Assembly (NCBI GenBank): GCA_963675755.2
Contig: CAXXMD010000002.1
Coordinates: 544,001-608,000, forward strand
Length of the DNA: 64,000 nucleotides
DNA from: a bacterium
GTDB lineage: Bacteria > Zhuqueibacterota > Zhuqueibacteria > Residuimicrobiales > Krinioviventaceae
Direction: 5' to 3'
Shown: positions 40,229-50,130 of the stretch, in pieces
Position numbering within the stretch: the first letter of the stretch is position 1
Layout of the letters: each line of letters starts with the position of its first letter
Program-made: the position numbers and the translations under genes
Notes under the pieces: model-generated
The model's database searches: none
Told to the model about the DNA's origin: nothing
Seen by the model: the letters and a program-made list of their open reading frames with translations, nothing else

Positions 40229-41969
40229 TTTGTACCTCTAGAATCTTTTCTGCAACTTTTGCCGGACTTACCGGATCTACAGAGGGGATATGTACCTCTA
40301 CAGGTTTAATATTATATGACGATTTGAGCAATGCGGCATATTGACCTTGATAATTCATTTCAAATACCAAGATTTTCTTACAACTGTTGAAAAACTCGTT
40401 AAAAGCATTTTCATCTTGTGGAAATATCATAATACTTTTTAAAAGTTTAGATTTTGCACCTTTTTGACGGGCAATCTCCATGCCTTCCAGAATTGCACCA
40501 ATGGTTGAGCCCCAGCTGGCAATACCTATTGTTGCATCCTCATCTCCAATGATCTCCACAGGGGGCAGGTCTTTAACCATTGTTTTAAATTTTCGGAATC
40601 GCTTTGCTGTCATATCTTTATGAACAACAGACTCAAAGTTAGGATTTCCCTTTAAATTGTGTTCCAACCCTGTTACTGTATAAAACGCACCTTCTTCACC
40701 CGGAACCAGCCATGGGGAAATACCGTCTTGCGTCATTTCATATCTATTATAATTTCTCAACTGTTCAGCAGTTGGTTTTACACGTGTTGAACGGTTACGA
40801 TTGACATTGAGTTCCAGACTTTCGGTTTCGACCCGTTGTCCTAAAAAGAGATCACTCAGAAAGATAACGGGGGTTTGATATTTTTCAGCCAAATCAAATG
40901 CGGTTTGTACACCCGTATAACAATCTTTAATATCAGTAGGGGCCATTACTACACGCGGCGAATCTCCGGAACCACCATAAAGTGCAATATTCAGGTCACC
41001 TTGTTCAAGTTTTGTTGGTAATCCTGTTGCCGGACCACCGCGTTGTACATTGATGATTATTGAAGGGATTTCTGCCATTACGGACAGATTTAGCAGCTCG
41101 CTCATTAATGATAAACCGGGGCCAGATGTAGCTGTCATGGAACGTGTCCCTGTATACCAGGCACCTAACACTGCACCTGCGGCAGCGATTTCATCTTCAA
41201 CCTGAATTGTCCAGCCGCCAAGTTTGGGTAACTCTGTTGCACAGATTTCCATAATTTTGGTAGCAGGTGTAATAGGATAGCCGGCAAAAAACTGGAGTCC
41301 GCAATCCATTGCTCCTCTTGCTAATGCTTCATTACCACTAATCATGGTCAATGGCTTTGCATCCGTTTGAATAGGAAATTCATGATCCAGTGGGAATTCT
41401 TTTTGGCAATATTCATAACCCAATTCAAAAGCTTTCAGGTTAGTTGTAACAACCTTTTCGCCTTTGCGGTTAAATATTTTTTTTATGTAATTTTTAAAAA
41501 TATCCTGAGGGAGTCCATATAGATAGCAAAATGCGCCAATTGCTACAATATTACGCCCCTTGTTTGTATTGGTCGCCTGGTTTGAAAGTTTTTTTAATGG
41601 TACACCATATCCCTGCATATTGGGTTTTATATGAGATGCCAGGCTTTCATCTTCCGGTATGTCAGATGTTTGACTGCTGTCATAAATAATACTGCCACCG
41701 GGAACCATGTCATCAATCTCATCAATGGATTCAAGTGATGCCAGTCCCACTAAAATGTCAATTCCGTCTCCCATGCTGTAAACTTTGGAGTTAGAGAACC
41801 GTACAGTGGATGTAGATTTGCCAAGCCCTCTAATTTCTGCACTATAGATATCATTTACCATTACATGCAGGCCAATACCTGCACAAGAGTTGGCAACAAT
41901 CCGGCTGGCAGACACTATACCATCACCGGCAATACCACAAAATCTAATAGATAATTCTTTATGTTCCAT
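40215..41969 (-). CDS. 2-oxoacid:ferredoxin oxidoreductase alpha subunit (gamma-alpha fusion)
   Basis: GIAGDG, YSAEIRG, FAGYPITP, QVEDE, TATSGPG, QRGGPATG. Confidence 0.95.
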   Translation of the reverse strand: MEHKELSIRFCGIAGDGIVSASRIVANSCAGIGLHVMVNDIYSAEIRGLGKSTSTVRFSNSKVYSMGDGIDILVGLASLESIDEIDDMVPGGSIIYDSSQTSDIPEDESLASHIKPNMQGYGVPLKKLSNQATNTNKGRNIVAIGAFCYLYGLPQDIFKNYIKKIFNRKGEKVVTTNLKAFELGYEYCQKEFPLDHEFPIQTDAKPLTMISGNEALARGAMDCGLQFFAGYPITPATKIMEICATELPKLGGWTIQVEDEIAAAGAVLGAWYTGTRSMTATSGPGLSLMSELLNLSVMAEIPSIIINVQRGGPATGLPTKLEQGDLNIALYGGSGDSPRVVMAPTDIKDCYTGVQTAFDLAEKYQTPVIFLSDLFLGQRVETESLELNVNRNRSTRVKPTAEQLRNYNRYEMTQDGISPWLVPGEEGAFYTVTGLEHNLKGNPNFESVVHKDMTAKRFRKFKTMVKDLPPVEIIGDEDATIGIASWGSTIGAILEGMEIARQKGAKSKLLKSIMIFPQDENAFNEFFNSCKKILVFEMNYQGQYAALLKSSYNIKPVEVHIPSVDPVSPAKVAEKILEVQNDIK

Positions 41970-41984
41970 ACTCTACCGTTTCGT

Positions 41985-42986
41985 TTATTCCCACCAGCGG
42001 GCTTTTAAGGGTTTACCCATTAATTTGAATGATAGTGTTTCATGTATCTGATACTCAACTTTATGTCCGGCAATATTTTTACCGGCTATTTCTCCTTGTT
42101 CCTGGGCGTTTGGCCAACCGAAGTTGATCCAATAGTTTTTCAATACAGGATGATATATTTCTGTACAATCACCTGCAGCATAGATATCTTTAACCGAAGT
42201 TTGCAGGTGTGTATCCACCAATATGCCTTTTTTCTGATATACTTTATCCGCCTGGCAAAAATCTATATTGGGTTTTCTGTCATCCCAGGCGAAAATGATA
42301 TCCGTGTCAATTTTTTTGTTTTTCAAAGTCAGTACGCGATATTTGTCGGTTTTCTTTTCTACATAAACAGGTTTGTCATTGATTATAATTTCAATGCCCT
42401 TGTTTTGAATGAACTCATGTATATAATCTGCAAATTCAGATTGCAGCAATGGAAAGAGTACCTGATCACGACGAGTAATGTAGGTAATTTTTTTACCCAG
42501 GTTATACATTCCAGCTAAAAGATCAAGATTACTCAGATTCTCACCATAAATAACACAATGTTCAATACTGTTTAAATTGCGTTTCAAAAGTTGAATATCC
42601 TGCAATGTATAATAGGATTTGATGAATTGCGAAAATGGATTGAGCAGGGGACCCAGGTGCTGACGTCCACCAGTAGCTATGAGTAATTTGTCGAACGATA
42701 AAACTTCATTGTGAAAAAGTTTAATTTGTTTATTTTCCGGATCAACTGCTTTTACGGATTCACCTTTGCGAAATTTAATTCCCAATTCTTTGATTTCTTC
42801 CAGATTCAGGTAATACAGTTGTGAATCATCAAGTTGATCGCAAAGATATTCGGTGAGAAGGTAGCGGTTATAGGGAAGGTAGGGTTCCTTTCCAATGACC
42901 GTAACATCAATTTGTGGGTCCGTCTTTCTTATTGTTGAGGCAGCTGTCATACCGGCTATTCCAGCACCGATGATGATCACTTTCAT
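41985..42986 (-). CDS. FAD-dependent oxidoreductase (NirB/rubredoxin-reductase-like) with a degenerate NAD(P)H-binding motif
   Basis: IIGAGIAG, EPYLPYNR, LLIATG, TSVKDIYAAGD; second Rossmann loop reads IYGENLSN. Confidence 0.85.
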   Translation of the reverse strand: MKVIIIGAGIAGMTAASTIRKTDPQIDVTVIGKEPYLPYNRYLLTEYLCDQLDDSQLYYLNLEEIKELGIKFRKGESVKAVDPENKQIKLFHNEVLSFDKLLIATGGRQHLGPLLNPFSQFIKSYYTLQDIQLLKRNLNSIEHCVIYGENLSNLDLLAGMYNLGKKITYITRRDQVLFPLLQSEFADYIHEFIQNKGIEIIINDKPVYVEKKTDKYRVLTLKNKKIDTDIIFAWDDRKPNIDFCQADKVYQKKGILVDTHLQTSVKDIYAAGDCTEIYHPVLKNYWINFGWPNAQEQGEIAGKNIAGHKVEYQIHETLSFKLMGKPLKARWWE

Positions 42987-43013
42987 AACAATTCTCCAAA
43001 TAGCGGGAATGAA

Positions 43014-44687
43014 TTATTTTTCTTTTTCTACAGTTGTTAAAGAATACTTTGATATGGATATACAATCAACAGGGCAGGCGCGTACACAATTCCCGCACCG
43101 TATACATTTGTCATTATCAATTACAATTGCCTGTACCTGGCCCCAGTTTTCAGCTTTCACCGGTGTCATATTACCATCATCCGTTACGATAATATCTTTG
43201 GCCATTTTAATACAATCAACAGGCATAACATCAATACATGCCAGGCAATAGATACAGCGGTCAATATCAATCTGAAAGTTATAGTGACAGAGATAACACC
43301 GCTTTGCTTCTTTTAGAGATTTTTCTTCACTAAAGCCTGTATCTACTTCTTTTTCTTTTATTGATCTTTCAGAAATTGGAATTTTATCCATAGGCTGCAA
43401 TGGAATAAAATCATATTCGCGAATTCTACCAGTTTCGTTAATTGGTTCAATAGTTACAATGTCTTCATACCCATCCAAACCAGCAAGATCTTTGTGAACT
43501 TCTTGGGCAGATTTACGTCCATCAGCACATGCCTGGATTACCGTTGAAGCACCATTTCTAAAATCACCTGCTGTGTAAATTCCTTTTGTTTCCAGTTGTA
43601 GATCCTTGACAAGGTGTTTTTCTTCTTCCTGGCCGATTGCAAAAATTACGGTATCTGCAGGGATAACAAAATCCGAATCGGGTATTTGAGTTAGCTGATT
43701 ATTTGCCCCTTTGGCATTTCGTTTAAATTTAACACCCGTAACCTGGCCGTTTTCAGACTCGATAGCAACAGGGGTGACAAGAAAAGCAAAATCAATACCT
43801 TCTGCTTCCATGTCTTCAATTTCGTGCTCACCTACAGTCATTTCATTCCGGGTAAAAAGAAATGAGAGTGTAATATTTTTAGCACCCATACGGTAAGCCA
43901 TGCGTGTACAATCCACAGATGTAAAGCCGCCACCAACTACAATTACATTTTTCATTTTATGATCAAAAGTATTCGTGTTGGCGCCCATCATAAAATCGAG
44001 CCCCCATGTTACACCTGTTTTGTCTAAACCGGAAATATCCAGGCGTTTAGGTGCCATACATCCACCGGCCATTATCACGGCGTCATATTTTGAATTTAAT
44101 TTTTCTAACTGGTCATAATTTTCTATTCGTATATTGGTTTTCAAGGTAACACCCAAATCCAAAATGGATTTTAAATCCTGGTTTACAATATCATTCGGCA
44201 ACCTGAAACGGGGAATACCATAACGCAACATTCCACCTGCTTCAGAATATTGCTCAAGTATAGTTACCTTGTAACCTCTAATTGCCAGATCATTAGCCGC
44301 AGTTAATCCTGATGGACCGGATCCAATTATGCATACAGTTTTACCATTAGGTTTAATACTTTTCTTAAATTCTTTAAAACCAAAATCGGCCGCTGATCTT
44401 TTTAAGAAACAGATAGCAACAGGATCTCCTAAACCATCCCATCCATGTCTGCACGCACTTTCGCAAGGGCGATGACAGATTCTACCTAAAATAGAGGGTA
44501 ATACATTATCTTTACGGTTAATTAAATAGGCAGTTTTATAATCTCCATCGGATATGGCTTTAATATACCCAGGAATATCCGTCATAATAGGACAAGCAGA
44601 TTTGCATGGTATATTCACATCAATCCACTTACGGTCCAATAAATCCGTTGATTTGATAATTCCGTCCCCATGAGATAGAAGTGCCAT
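43014..44687 (-). CDS. GltD/NfnB/DsrL-like FAD-[4Fe-4S] oxidoreductase with a C-terminal ferredoxin domain
   Basis: PCKSACP, GRICHRPCESAC, IGSGPSG, GGMLRYGIP, VGGGFT, EAKRCYLC, CIYCLAC, CIRCGNCVRACP; start moved to ATG 44687 after GGGAG. Confidence 0.9.
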   Translation of the reverse strand: MALLSHGDGIIKSTDLLDRKWIDVNIPCKSACPIMTDIPGYIKAISDGDYKTAYLINRKDNVLPSILGRICHRPCESACRHGWDGLGDPVAICFLKRSAADFGFKEFKKSIKPNGKTVCIIGSGPSGLTAANDLAIRGYKVTILEQYSEAGGMLRYGIPRFRLPNDIVNQDLKSILDLGVTLKTNIRIENYDQLEKLNSKYDAVIMAGGCMAPKRLDISGLDKTGVTWGLDFMMGANTNTFDHKMKNVIVVGGGFTSVDCTRMAYRMGAKNITLSFLFTRNEMTVGEHEIEDMEAEGIDFAFLVTPVAIESENGQVTGVKFKRNAKGANNQLTQIPDSDFVIPADTVIFAIGQEEEKHLVKDLQLETKGIYTAGDFRNGASTVIQACADGRKSAQEVHKDLAGLDGYEDIVTIEPINETGRIREYDFIPLQPMDKIPISERSIKEKEVDTGFSEEKSLKEAKRCYLCHYNFQIDIDRCIYCLACIDVMPVDCIKMAKDIIVTDDGNMTPVKAENWGQVQAIVIDNDKCIRCGNCVRACPVDCISISKYSLTTVEKEK

Positions 44688-44874
44688 CATCGAACTCCCA
44701 TTAATAAATGATGGATTTTTTAAAAAGATAATGATTGCTGTTACTCGAAACAAGTATTTTATCGTTATTATTTTGATTTTATTGTGATTTATTGAATTTT
44801 TTAATCAAGATGTTGTTGAATTTAATTTTTTTTAATACTTTGTTTTTATTGATATTTAATAGGAAAATAGAAAA

Positions 44875-45540
44875 TTGTTCGGAAATAGCAGAAACATAAA
44901 TTCAAATCAAACTGAAATACATTGTGATTTGATAAAATACTTGGAAAGATACAGGAAGAATCCGTTTCGACGTCAGATTTCAAATCAGGTATTGGAAAGT
45001 TTTTTAATGCTCGATGAGCAAGTAAAAAAACATAATATGCCAATCATACTGGATTCAGGCTGTGGAGTAGGAGAGAGCACATTCCGTATAGCTGAAAAAA
45101 ATCCAAATTGTTTGGTTGTGGGAGTAGACAAATCAATACATCGTCTTAATAAAAATTTATCGAATCAAGTTAAACATAATAATGTTATTTTTTATCGTAC
45201 AAATTTAATTGATTTTTGGCCTCTTGTTAATAAATACATGTGGCCGGTTCAAAAACATTATTTGCTTTATCCTAATCCTTGGCCGTTAAAAAAAGATGTT
45301 AAAAAAAGATTTCATGCACATCCCATTTTTATGGAATTGATTGAAATTTCTAATGTTATAGAATTACGTAGTAATTGGAGAATTTATCTTGAAGAATTTT
45401 CACTTGCTTTTGAACATGTTGCGGGGTGCAAAAGTAAAGTGGAAATTTATAATCCTGAATCAGCTTTAACACCATTTGAGCGCAAGTATCAATCAAGCGG
45501 GCATATATTATTTAGATTGTTGATTCAAAATGAGGGATAA
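44875..45540 (+). CDS. TrmB-like SAM-dependent methyltransferase
   Basis: ILDSGCGVGEST, GVDKS, YLLYPNPWP, LTPFERKY. Confidence 0.8.
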   Translation: MFGNSRNINSNQTEIHCDLIKYLERYRKNPFRRQISNQVLESFLMLDEQVKKHNMPIILDSGCGVGESTFRIAEKNPNCLVVGVDKSIHRLNKNLSNQVKHNNVIFYRTNLIDFWPLVNKYMWPVQKHYLLYPNPWPLKKDVKKRFHAHPIFMELIEISNVIELRSNWRIYLEEFSLAFEHVAGCKSKVEIYNPESALTPFERKYQSSGHILFRLLIQNEG

Positions 45541-46650
45541 ATGACAGATCAATCTGTAGCAATCCAGAAACAATTTAAAATATTAATAATTCATCAAGAT
45601 CCTTCCGGATTTGAAATTTTTAGTGAACAATTTCAAAATCCACGTTTCCATTATGAATCCTGTTTAACAACTGACTTTGATACCAGGACAATTGTATATT
45701 CAAATTATGACAGCTTTGTTTTTATCAATAACAATAATATTCACATGCTGCTTCCACTATGTGAACAAATAAGAAACCATCCCGAGTTGTTGTTTCACCC
45801 TATCTTGTTTGTTAATAGTTGTAAAAATGAAAAAGATACCATTGCGGCTTTTCAAGCGGGCAGTTCAGATGTTGTTAATGTACCTTGTAATCCTAATGAG
45901 TTTTTTATAAGATTTGAAAAACAATTTACTAATTACCAGACTATACTACAATTACATGAAATAAATAATACCAAAGACAAGTTCTTATCCATTATATCTC
46001 ATGACTTGCGAAGCCCATTTACAATCCTTTTAAATTTTTCCAAAATATTATATAACAAGTTTGATAGTTTTGATCATCAATTACAAAAAGAATACATTAG
46101 TGCCATAAATGATTCTGCTGAACATACATATACAATTTTAGAAAATTTATTACGATGGTCTAAAGCCAATTCCGGGGAAATAAGATTTAGTCCTACTCGT
46201 ATTAATCTAACTTCTGTTATTTATGAAAGTATTTTATTACTAGCTAATGAAGCCGGTAATAAAAACTTGAATATCTATTTTAACAATCAGGTAGAACATT
46301 TGATAACCGCTGATCGAAATATGTTGAGTGTTGTTTTTAATAATTTAATTAACAATGCAATAAAATATTCTTATCCTGCTGGAAAGATTATCATCAATAT
46401 TGAAAAGATCAATTCTGATTATCAAATTAAAATTTCAGACAAAGGTACCGGTATTGAAAGTCAAAGATTGAATCATTTATTTAAAATTGGTGATTTGATT
46501 AAAACACCAGGTACTAATAATGAACATGGGGCTGGGTTGGGATTACTCATCATTAAGGAATTTATTGACAAACACCAGGGAAAAATTATCGTGAGGAGTG
46601 TTAAAGATGGTGGATCCACTTTTGTTGTAACACTTCCAGGTGAGGCATAA
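45541..46650 (+). CDS. Histidine kinase with a degenerate N-terminal receiver domain
   Basis: SIISHDLRSP, NLINNAIKY, D.GTG, GAGLGL; N-terminus is REC-like but lacks the canonical acidic residues. Confidence 0.88.
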   Translation: MTDQSVAIQKQFKILIIHQDPSGFEIFSEQFQNPRFHYESCLTTDFDTRTIVYSNYDSFVFINNNNIHMLLPLCEQIRNHPELLFHPILFVNSCKNEKDTIAAFQAGSSDVVNVPCNPNEFFIRFEKQFTNYQTILQLHEINNTKDKFLSIISHDLRSPFTILLNFSKILYNKFDSFDHQLQKEYISAINDSAEHTYTILENLLRWSKANSGEIRFSPTRINLTSVIYESILLLANEAGNKNLNIYFNNQVEHLITADRNMLSVVFNNLINNAIKYSYPAGKIIINIEKINSDYQIKISDKGTGIESQRLNHLFKIGDLIKTPGTNNEHGAGLGLLIIKEFIDKHQGKIIVRSVKDGGSTFVVTLPGEA

Positions 46651-46794
46651 AGTATACAATATTGTTAATGTTTTCGGCTATTTTTGGTATTTTTTCTTTA
46701 AAATTGTTTACTTTAGGCAACAATTTTTCCAATCTCTGGTTTTTGTGTTTATTATTCACCTCATAAAAAACAATGATTTAAACTGTATTTTTTT

Positions 46795-46811
46795 TTGGTA
46801 TAATGTTTGCT
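46795..46811 (+). promoter_or_regulatory. Candidate sigma54 (-24/-12) promoter of the M23 peptidase gene
   Basis: TTGGTATAATGTTTGCT has exact GG-N10-GC spacing; the embedded TATAAT could instead be a sigma70 -10. Confidence 0.4.
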
Positions 46812-46865
46812 GATCTTGTAGTGGATTTGTTAAAGAATCAATTTACAACATGTGGAACTTTAATT

Positions 46866-47795
46866 ATGGATATGCAAAACAGTTGTTTGAAAATGATGTA
46901 TTTCTCATTTGGAAAATCGAGTGTAAAGCAGATTAATTTCGACAGAAAAAAAGTGATTTTTGTATCGCTTGTTTTTATTATGACCTTGACAATATTAATC
47001 TCTGTTTCACTCAAAATGTTCACTGGCTTTTATCAGAACTGGAGAATTGCTCATTTGAGAAAAGCCAATAATGAGCTTGAACATCAAATATATAATCTAG
47101 AACAAAAGCTGGTACAACTTGATAATAAAGTTGTTTCACTGGAACGTCAGGATGACGATTTGAGAGTATTTGTAGACATTCCTACAATTAATCCTGATAT
47201 CCGAAGATTAGGAACAGGTGGTCAATCTCCGGCTGTCATTACTGGCTATAGTTCTGTTAATGAATCTTTACTAGGTTTTGCTCAAAATGTTGATCAGCAA
47301 TTATTTAACCTGTCACATCGACTGGATCTTTTGATTGACAGTAGAGATGAAATTGTAGTAAAATATAATGAAAATTCAAGTCAATTACGCCAAACCCCTT
47401 CAATTCATCCTGTTCGAAGAGGAAGGATAAGTGACAGTTTTGGTTATAGAATTGATCCTTTTACGGGACAACGCAAACACCACAATGGTGTAGATATTTC
47501 AGCTCCCCGCGGTACAGATATTTATTCTACAGCGGATGGAATTGTAGTTGAAGCTGTTACTAAATATACTCCCAACCAGTTACGTGGTAAATATGTTATC
47601 ATCGATCATGGTTTTGGTTTTAAAACCAAATACGCACATCTTTCAAAAGTACTGGTCAAACCTGGTCAAAAAATTGCCAGATATACAGTCATTGGCAAAG
47701 TTGGAGATACCGGACGCGCAACGGGTCCACATCTCCATTATGAAGTGATCAAAGAAGACAGACAAGTAAATCCTATATATTATTTTATGGATTGA
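46866..47795 (+). CDS. M23 family metallopeptidase (TM + coiled coil + LytM domain)
   Basis: FGYRIDPFTG, HNGVD, YAHL, TGPHLHYEV; start uncertain (46803-46896). Confidence 0.92.
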   Translation: MDMQNSCLKMMYFSFGKSSVKQINFDRKKVIFVSLVFIMTLTILISVSLKMFTGFYQNWRIAHLRKANNELEHQIYNLEQKLVQLDNKVVSLERQDDDLRVFVDIPTINPDIRRLGTGGQSPAVITGYSSVNESLLGFAQNVDQQLFNLSHRLDLLIDSRDEIVVKYNENSSQLRQTPSIHPVRRGRISDSFGYRIDPFTGQRKHHNGVDISAPRGTDIYSTADGIVVEAVTKYTPNQLRGKYVIIDHGFGFKTKYAHLSKVLVKPGQKIARYTVIGKVGDTGRATGPHLHYEVIKEDRQVNPIYYFMD

Positions 47796-47890
47796 GCGAT
47801 TAAATTTTGACAAATTTTTATTTGTTTTGTTTTTAAAACAAATTTATTATATTTTTGATAAATACTACTCTTACAAAAATATGATAGACT

Positions 47891-50110
47891 ATGCGCTCAT
47901 TAACAAGATTTGTTCTGATTGCCCTTTGTTTTTCTACTATTTCTTCTGCACAAATTAATCCTGTTCAACTTGAACCGGCACTAGTTTTCAACTCTGATCG
48001 TTCTACAACTTTTACAAGAACGATTTACTCTTTGGGATCTCGGTTCTCATCTACAGATTCTATTTTTGCTTTACAAAAAATCCAAAAATTTAATATAACC
48101 AAGGTTGATTCTGTTAATAACCACGAGTTACAAATTGATTTTATTATTGAACCTGGATTTACAGAATTTGGCAAGCATAAATTTCTAGTTTTAGATTCTT
48201 TACAGCAGAAGAAATTAGATTTTACTTTGGATATAAGGTATGCAAATCCTCCATTTGTAGAATCAATTATAATACGCCAGAATAAAAAAGTAATGAATGA
48301 CACAATTCGCTTGTCAGATACGGATTATACTCTGGCTACTCTCACCATTAGAGGAACAGGTTTGTTCGACAATACCATTGTAGAGTTTGACGATCCTGCA
48401 ATTCAGGTTTTAAATACACCGGGGTGGAGAAGAAGTATTGCTCCAAATCTTTTGCAAGTGGGCCTTGAAATTAAATCCGGTAATATTAACGTTGGTTATA
48501 AACAATTTCGAATTAAAAATGATTTTGCCATGGAAGGATTTGGCAAGATTTTTATTAAAAGCAATAGAGCTCCTGTAATATACGGTACGGTCCCTGATAT
48601 TATCGCTGATGGTCAGGATCATCGTATACAAATCCGTGGTGATTATTTTCAATCAGGATTAACGGTATCATTGCTGCCTCAAGATGGTATTGCAAGAGTA
48701 CAAAATCGTTCAGCAAGTGATGTTGAATTGTTGATTAACATTCCTGTTTTAGAAAATTCAAAAAGTTATAAACTTGTTATCCAGAATCCTGATGGATTAT
48801 CTGATACTACAGGATATTTTACTGCAAAAACACCTCCGTTAAATAAAGCTTATGCCCGTTCATTAAATAATCAACCTGTATTTCTAGATAAAGAAACACG
48901 AATTGTATTTACGGTTCAAACCTATGCCAACAAACGATTAAACAAGCAAACCGCATATGAGATCAATATTGATGGTGTAAAATTTCCGGTTAATTCAGTA
49001 ATCAATGACAGTACTTGTGAAGCTGTTATAAAATTATCTCAAAAATCGCCATACACATTATTGAATCAACATGTTTTTACAATTAGTCCCGTAGACGCGG
49101 CACCCAAATGGAAAGGCCTGTTATTCAGCAAACCCGCACCAGATCTTACTTATATGTCTCCCGAAAATGTACTGCATCCCCAGGATACACTAAGTTTTGT
49201 GTTCAAAGGACAAAATTTAGATGATATAATCATGTATATTACCGATCCTGAAATCACTTTTAAAATTCAGGAAAATAGAGGGGATTTGATTCGAGTAACT
49301 GCTATAGCCGGACGTCATTTAAAAAATGGTACGTATCCTGTAAAAATTCGAAAAAATGATGTAACTTTTGAGTTCCCTGAGCATCAAATAATTATACAGC
49401 AGTGGCAGCCATTTACTGAATACGCCTCAATACATACTACCAGTTTGAAAAGTTTGCCATCTGATTCTTTGTGGAAAGAAAAACAGAGGGCCCGGATCAT
49501 TGAAAAAACAGACAAGTTACGAATGGATTTCTATTTGCAAAACTTGTCAAAAGAAGCTGGTACACAAAAAGTTTTTATTAATGCGGTTCTGATCGATTCT
49601 TCTAATGCTGTTCGAGCTGAGACGCGCTTTTTTAAAGCGTTGAGTTATGAAAATAAAACTTTTTCCTGGAATTGGCGTTTACATGAAAAAATTAAATCTG
49701 GTGATCGTATAGAGATTTCTATCAGCAATACTGGTGGTCAAAACAAAAAGACTGAGGTGTTTTTTGTAAAGCCACACTGGTCAGAATCTTTCAAGGGATC
49801 AACCTCATTTATAATTTTCAAAGCTCCAATGAATGGTGGTAATGCTACTGCGGAAATCTTAAGAACGGTTGCAATTGGTCTTTCGTATCAGCCATTTGAA
49901 AATAAAGACTTTTTGGAGTTTGATTCATCGATTTTAATAGGAAACGCAACATCGAGCGATAGTGATCTTGATGTGGATTTGGGTCTGGGTTTGAGTGTTA
50001 TTCTCTGGAACCATATTCAACTGGGATTTGGTTCAAACTTGACAAACGGACCCTTTTCAGAAATGTTTGCTTTTATGGGTACACGCATAAAAATACCTGT
50101 TCCCTGGTAA
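47891..50110 (+). CDS. Large exported beta-rich protein (Ig/IPT-like domains, possible C-terminal beta-barrel)
   Basis: Sec signal ending SSA-Q; LTIRGTGL, IQIRGDYF and FVFKGQNL repeats; alternating hydrophobic strands ending in W. Confidence 0.7.
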   Translation: MRSLTRFVLIALCFSTISSAQINPVQLEPALVFNSDRSTTFTRTIYSLGSRFSSTDSIFALQKIQKFNITKVDSVNNHELQIDFIIEPGFTEFGKHKFLVLDSLQQKKLDFTLDIRYANPPFVESIIIRQNKKVMNDTIRLSDTDYTLATLTIRGTGLFDNTIVEFDDPAIQVLNTPGWRRSIAPNLLQVGLEIKSGNINVGYKQFRIKNDFAMEGFGKIFIKSNRAPVIYGTVPDIIADGQDHRIQIRGDYFQSGLTVSLLPQDGIARVQNRSASDVELLINIPVLENSKSYKLVIQNPDGLSDTTGYFTAKTPPLNKAYARSLNNQPVFLDKETRIVFTVQTYANKRLNKQTAYEINIDGVKFPVNSVINDSTCEAVIKLSQKSPYTLLNQHVFTISPVDAAPKWKGLLFSKPAPDLTYMSPENVLHPQDTLSFVFKGQNLDDIIMYITDPEITFKIQENRGDLIRVTAIAGRHLKNGTYPVKIRKNDVTFEFPEHQIIIQQWQPFTEYASIHTTSLKSLPSDSLWKEKQRARIIEKTDKLRMDFYLQNLSKEAGTQKVFINAVLIDSSNAVRAETRFFKALSYENKTFSWNWRLHEKIKSGDRIEISISNTGGQNKKTEVFFVKPHWSESFKGSTSFIIFKAPMNGGNATAEILRTVAIGLSYQPFENKDFLEFDSSILIGNATSSDSDLDVDLGLGLSVILWNHIQLGFGSNLTNGPFSEMFAFMGTRIKIPVPW

Positions 50111-50130
50111 TTGTTAATGGAGATTTTAGA

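Noticed and set aside
43014-44687. Calling the gene dsrL or gltD
   Set aside because: The architecture is shared across the family, but there are no dsr genes and no gltB nearby, so a specific name is unsupported
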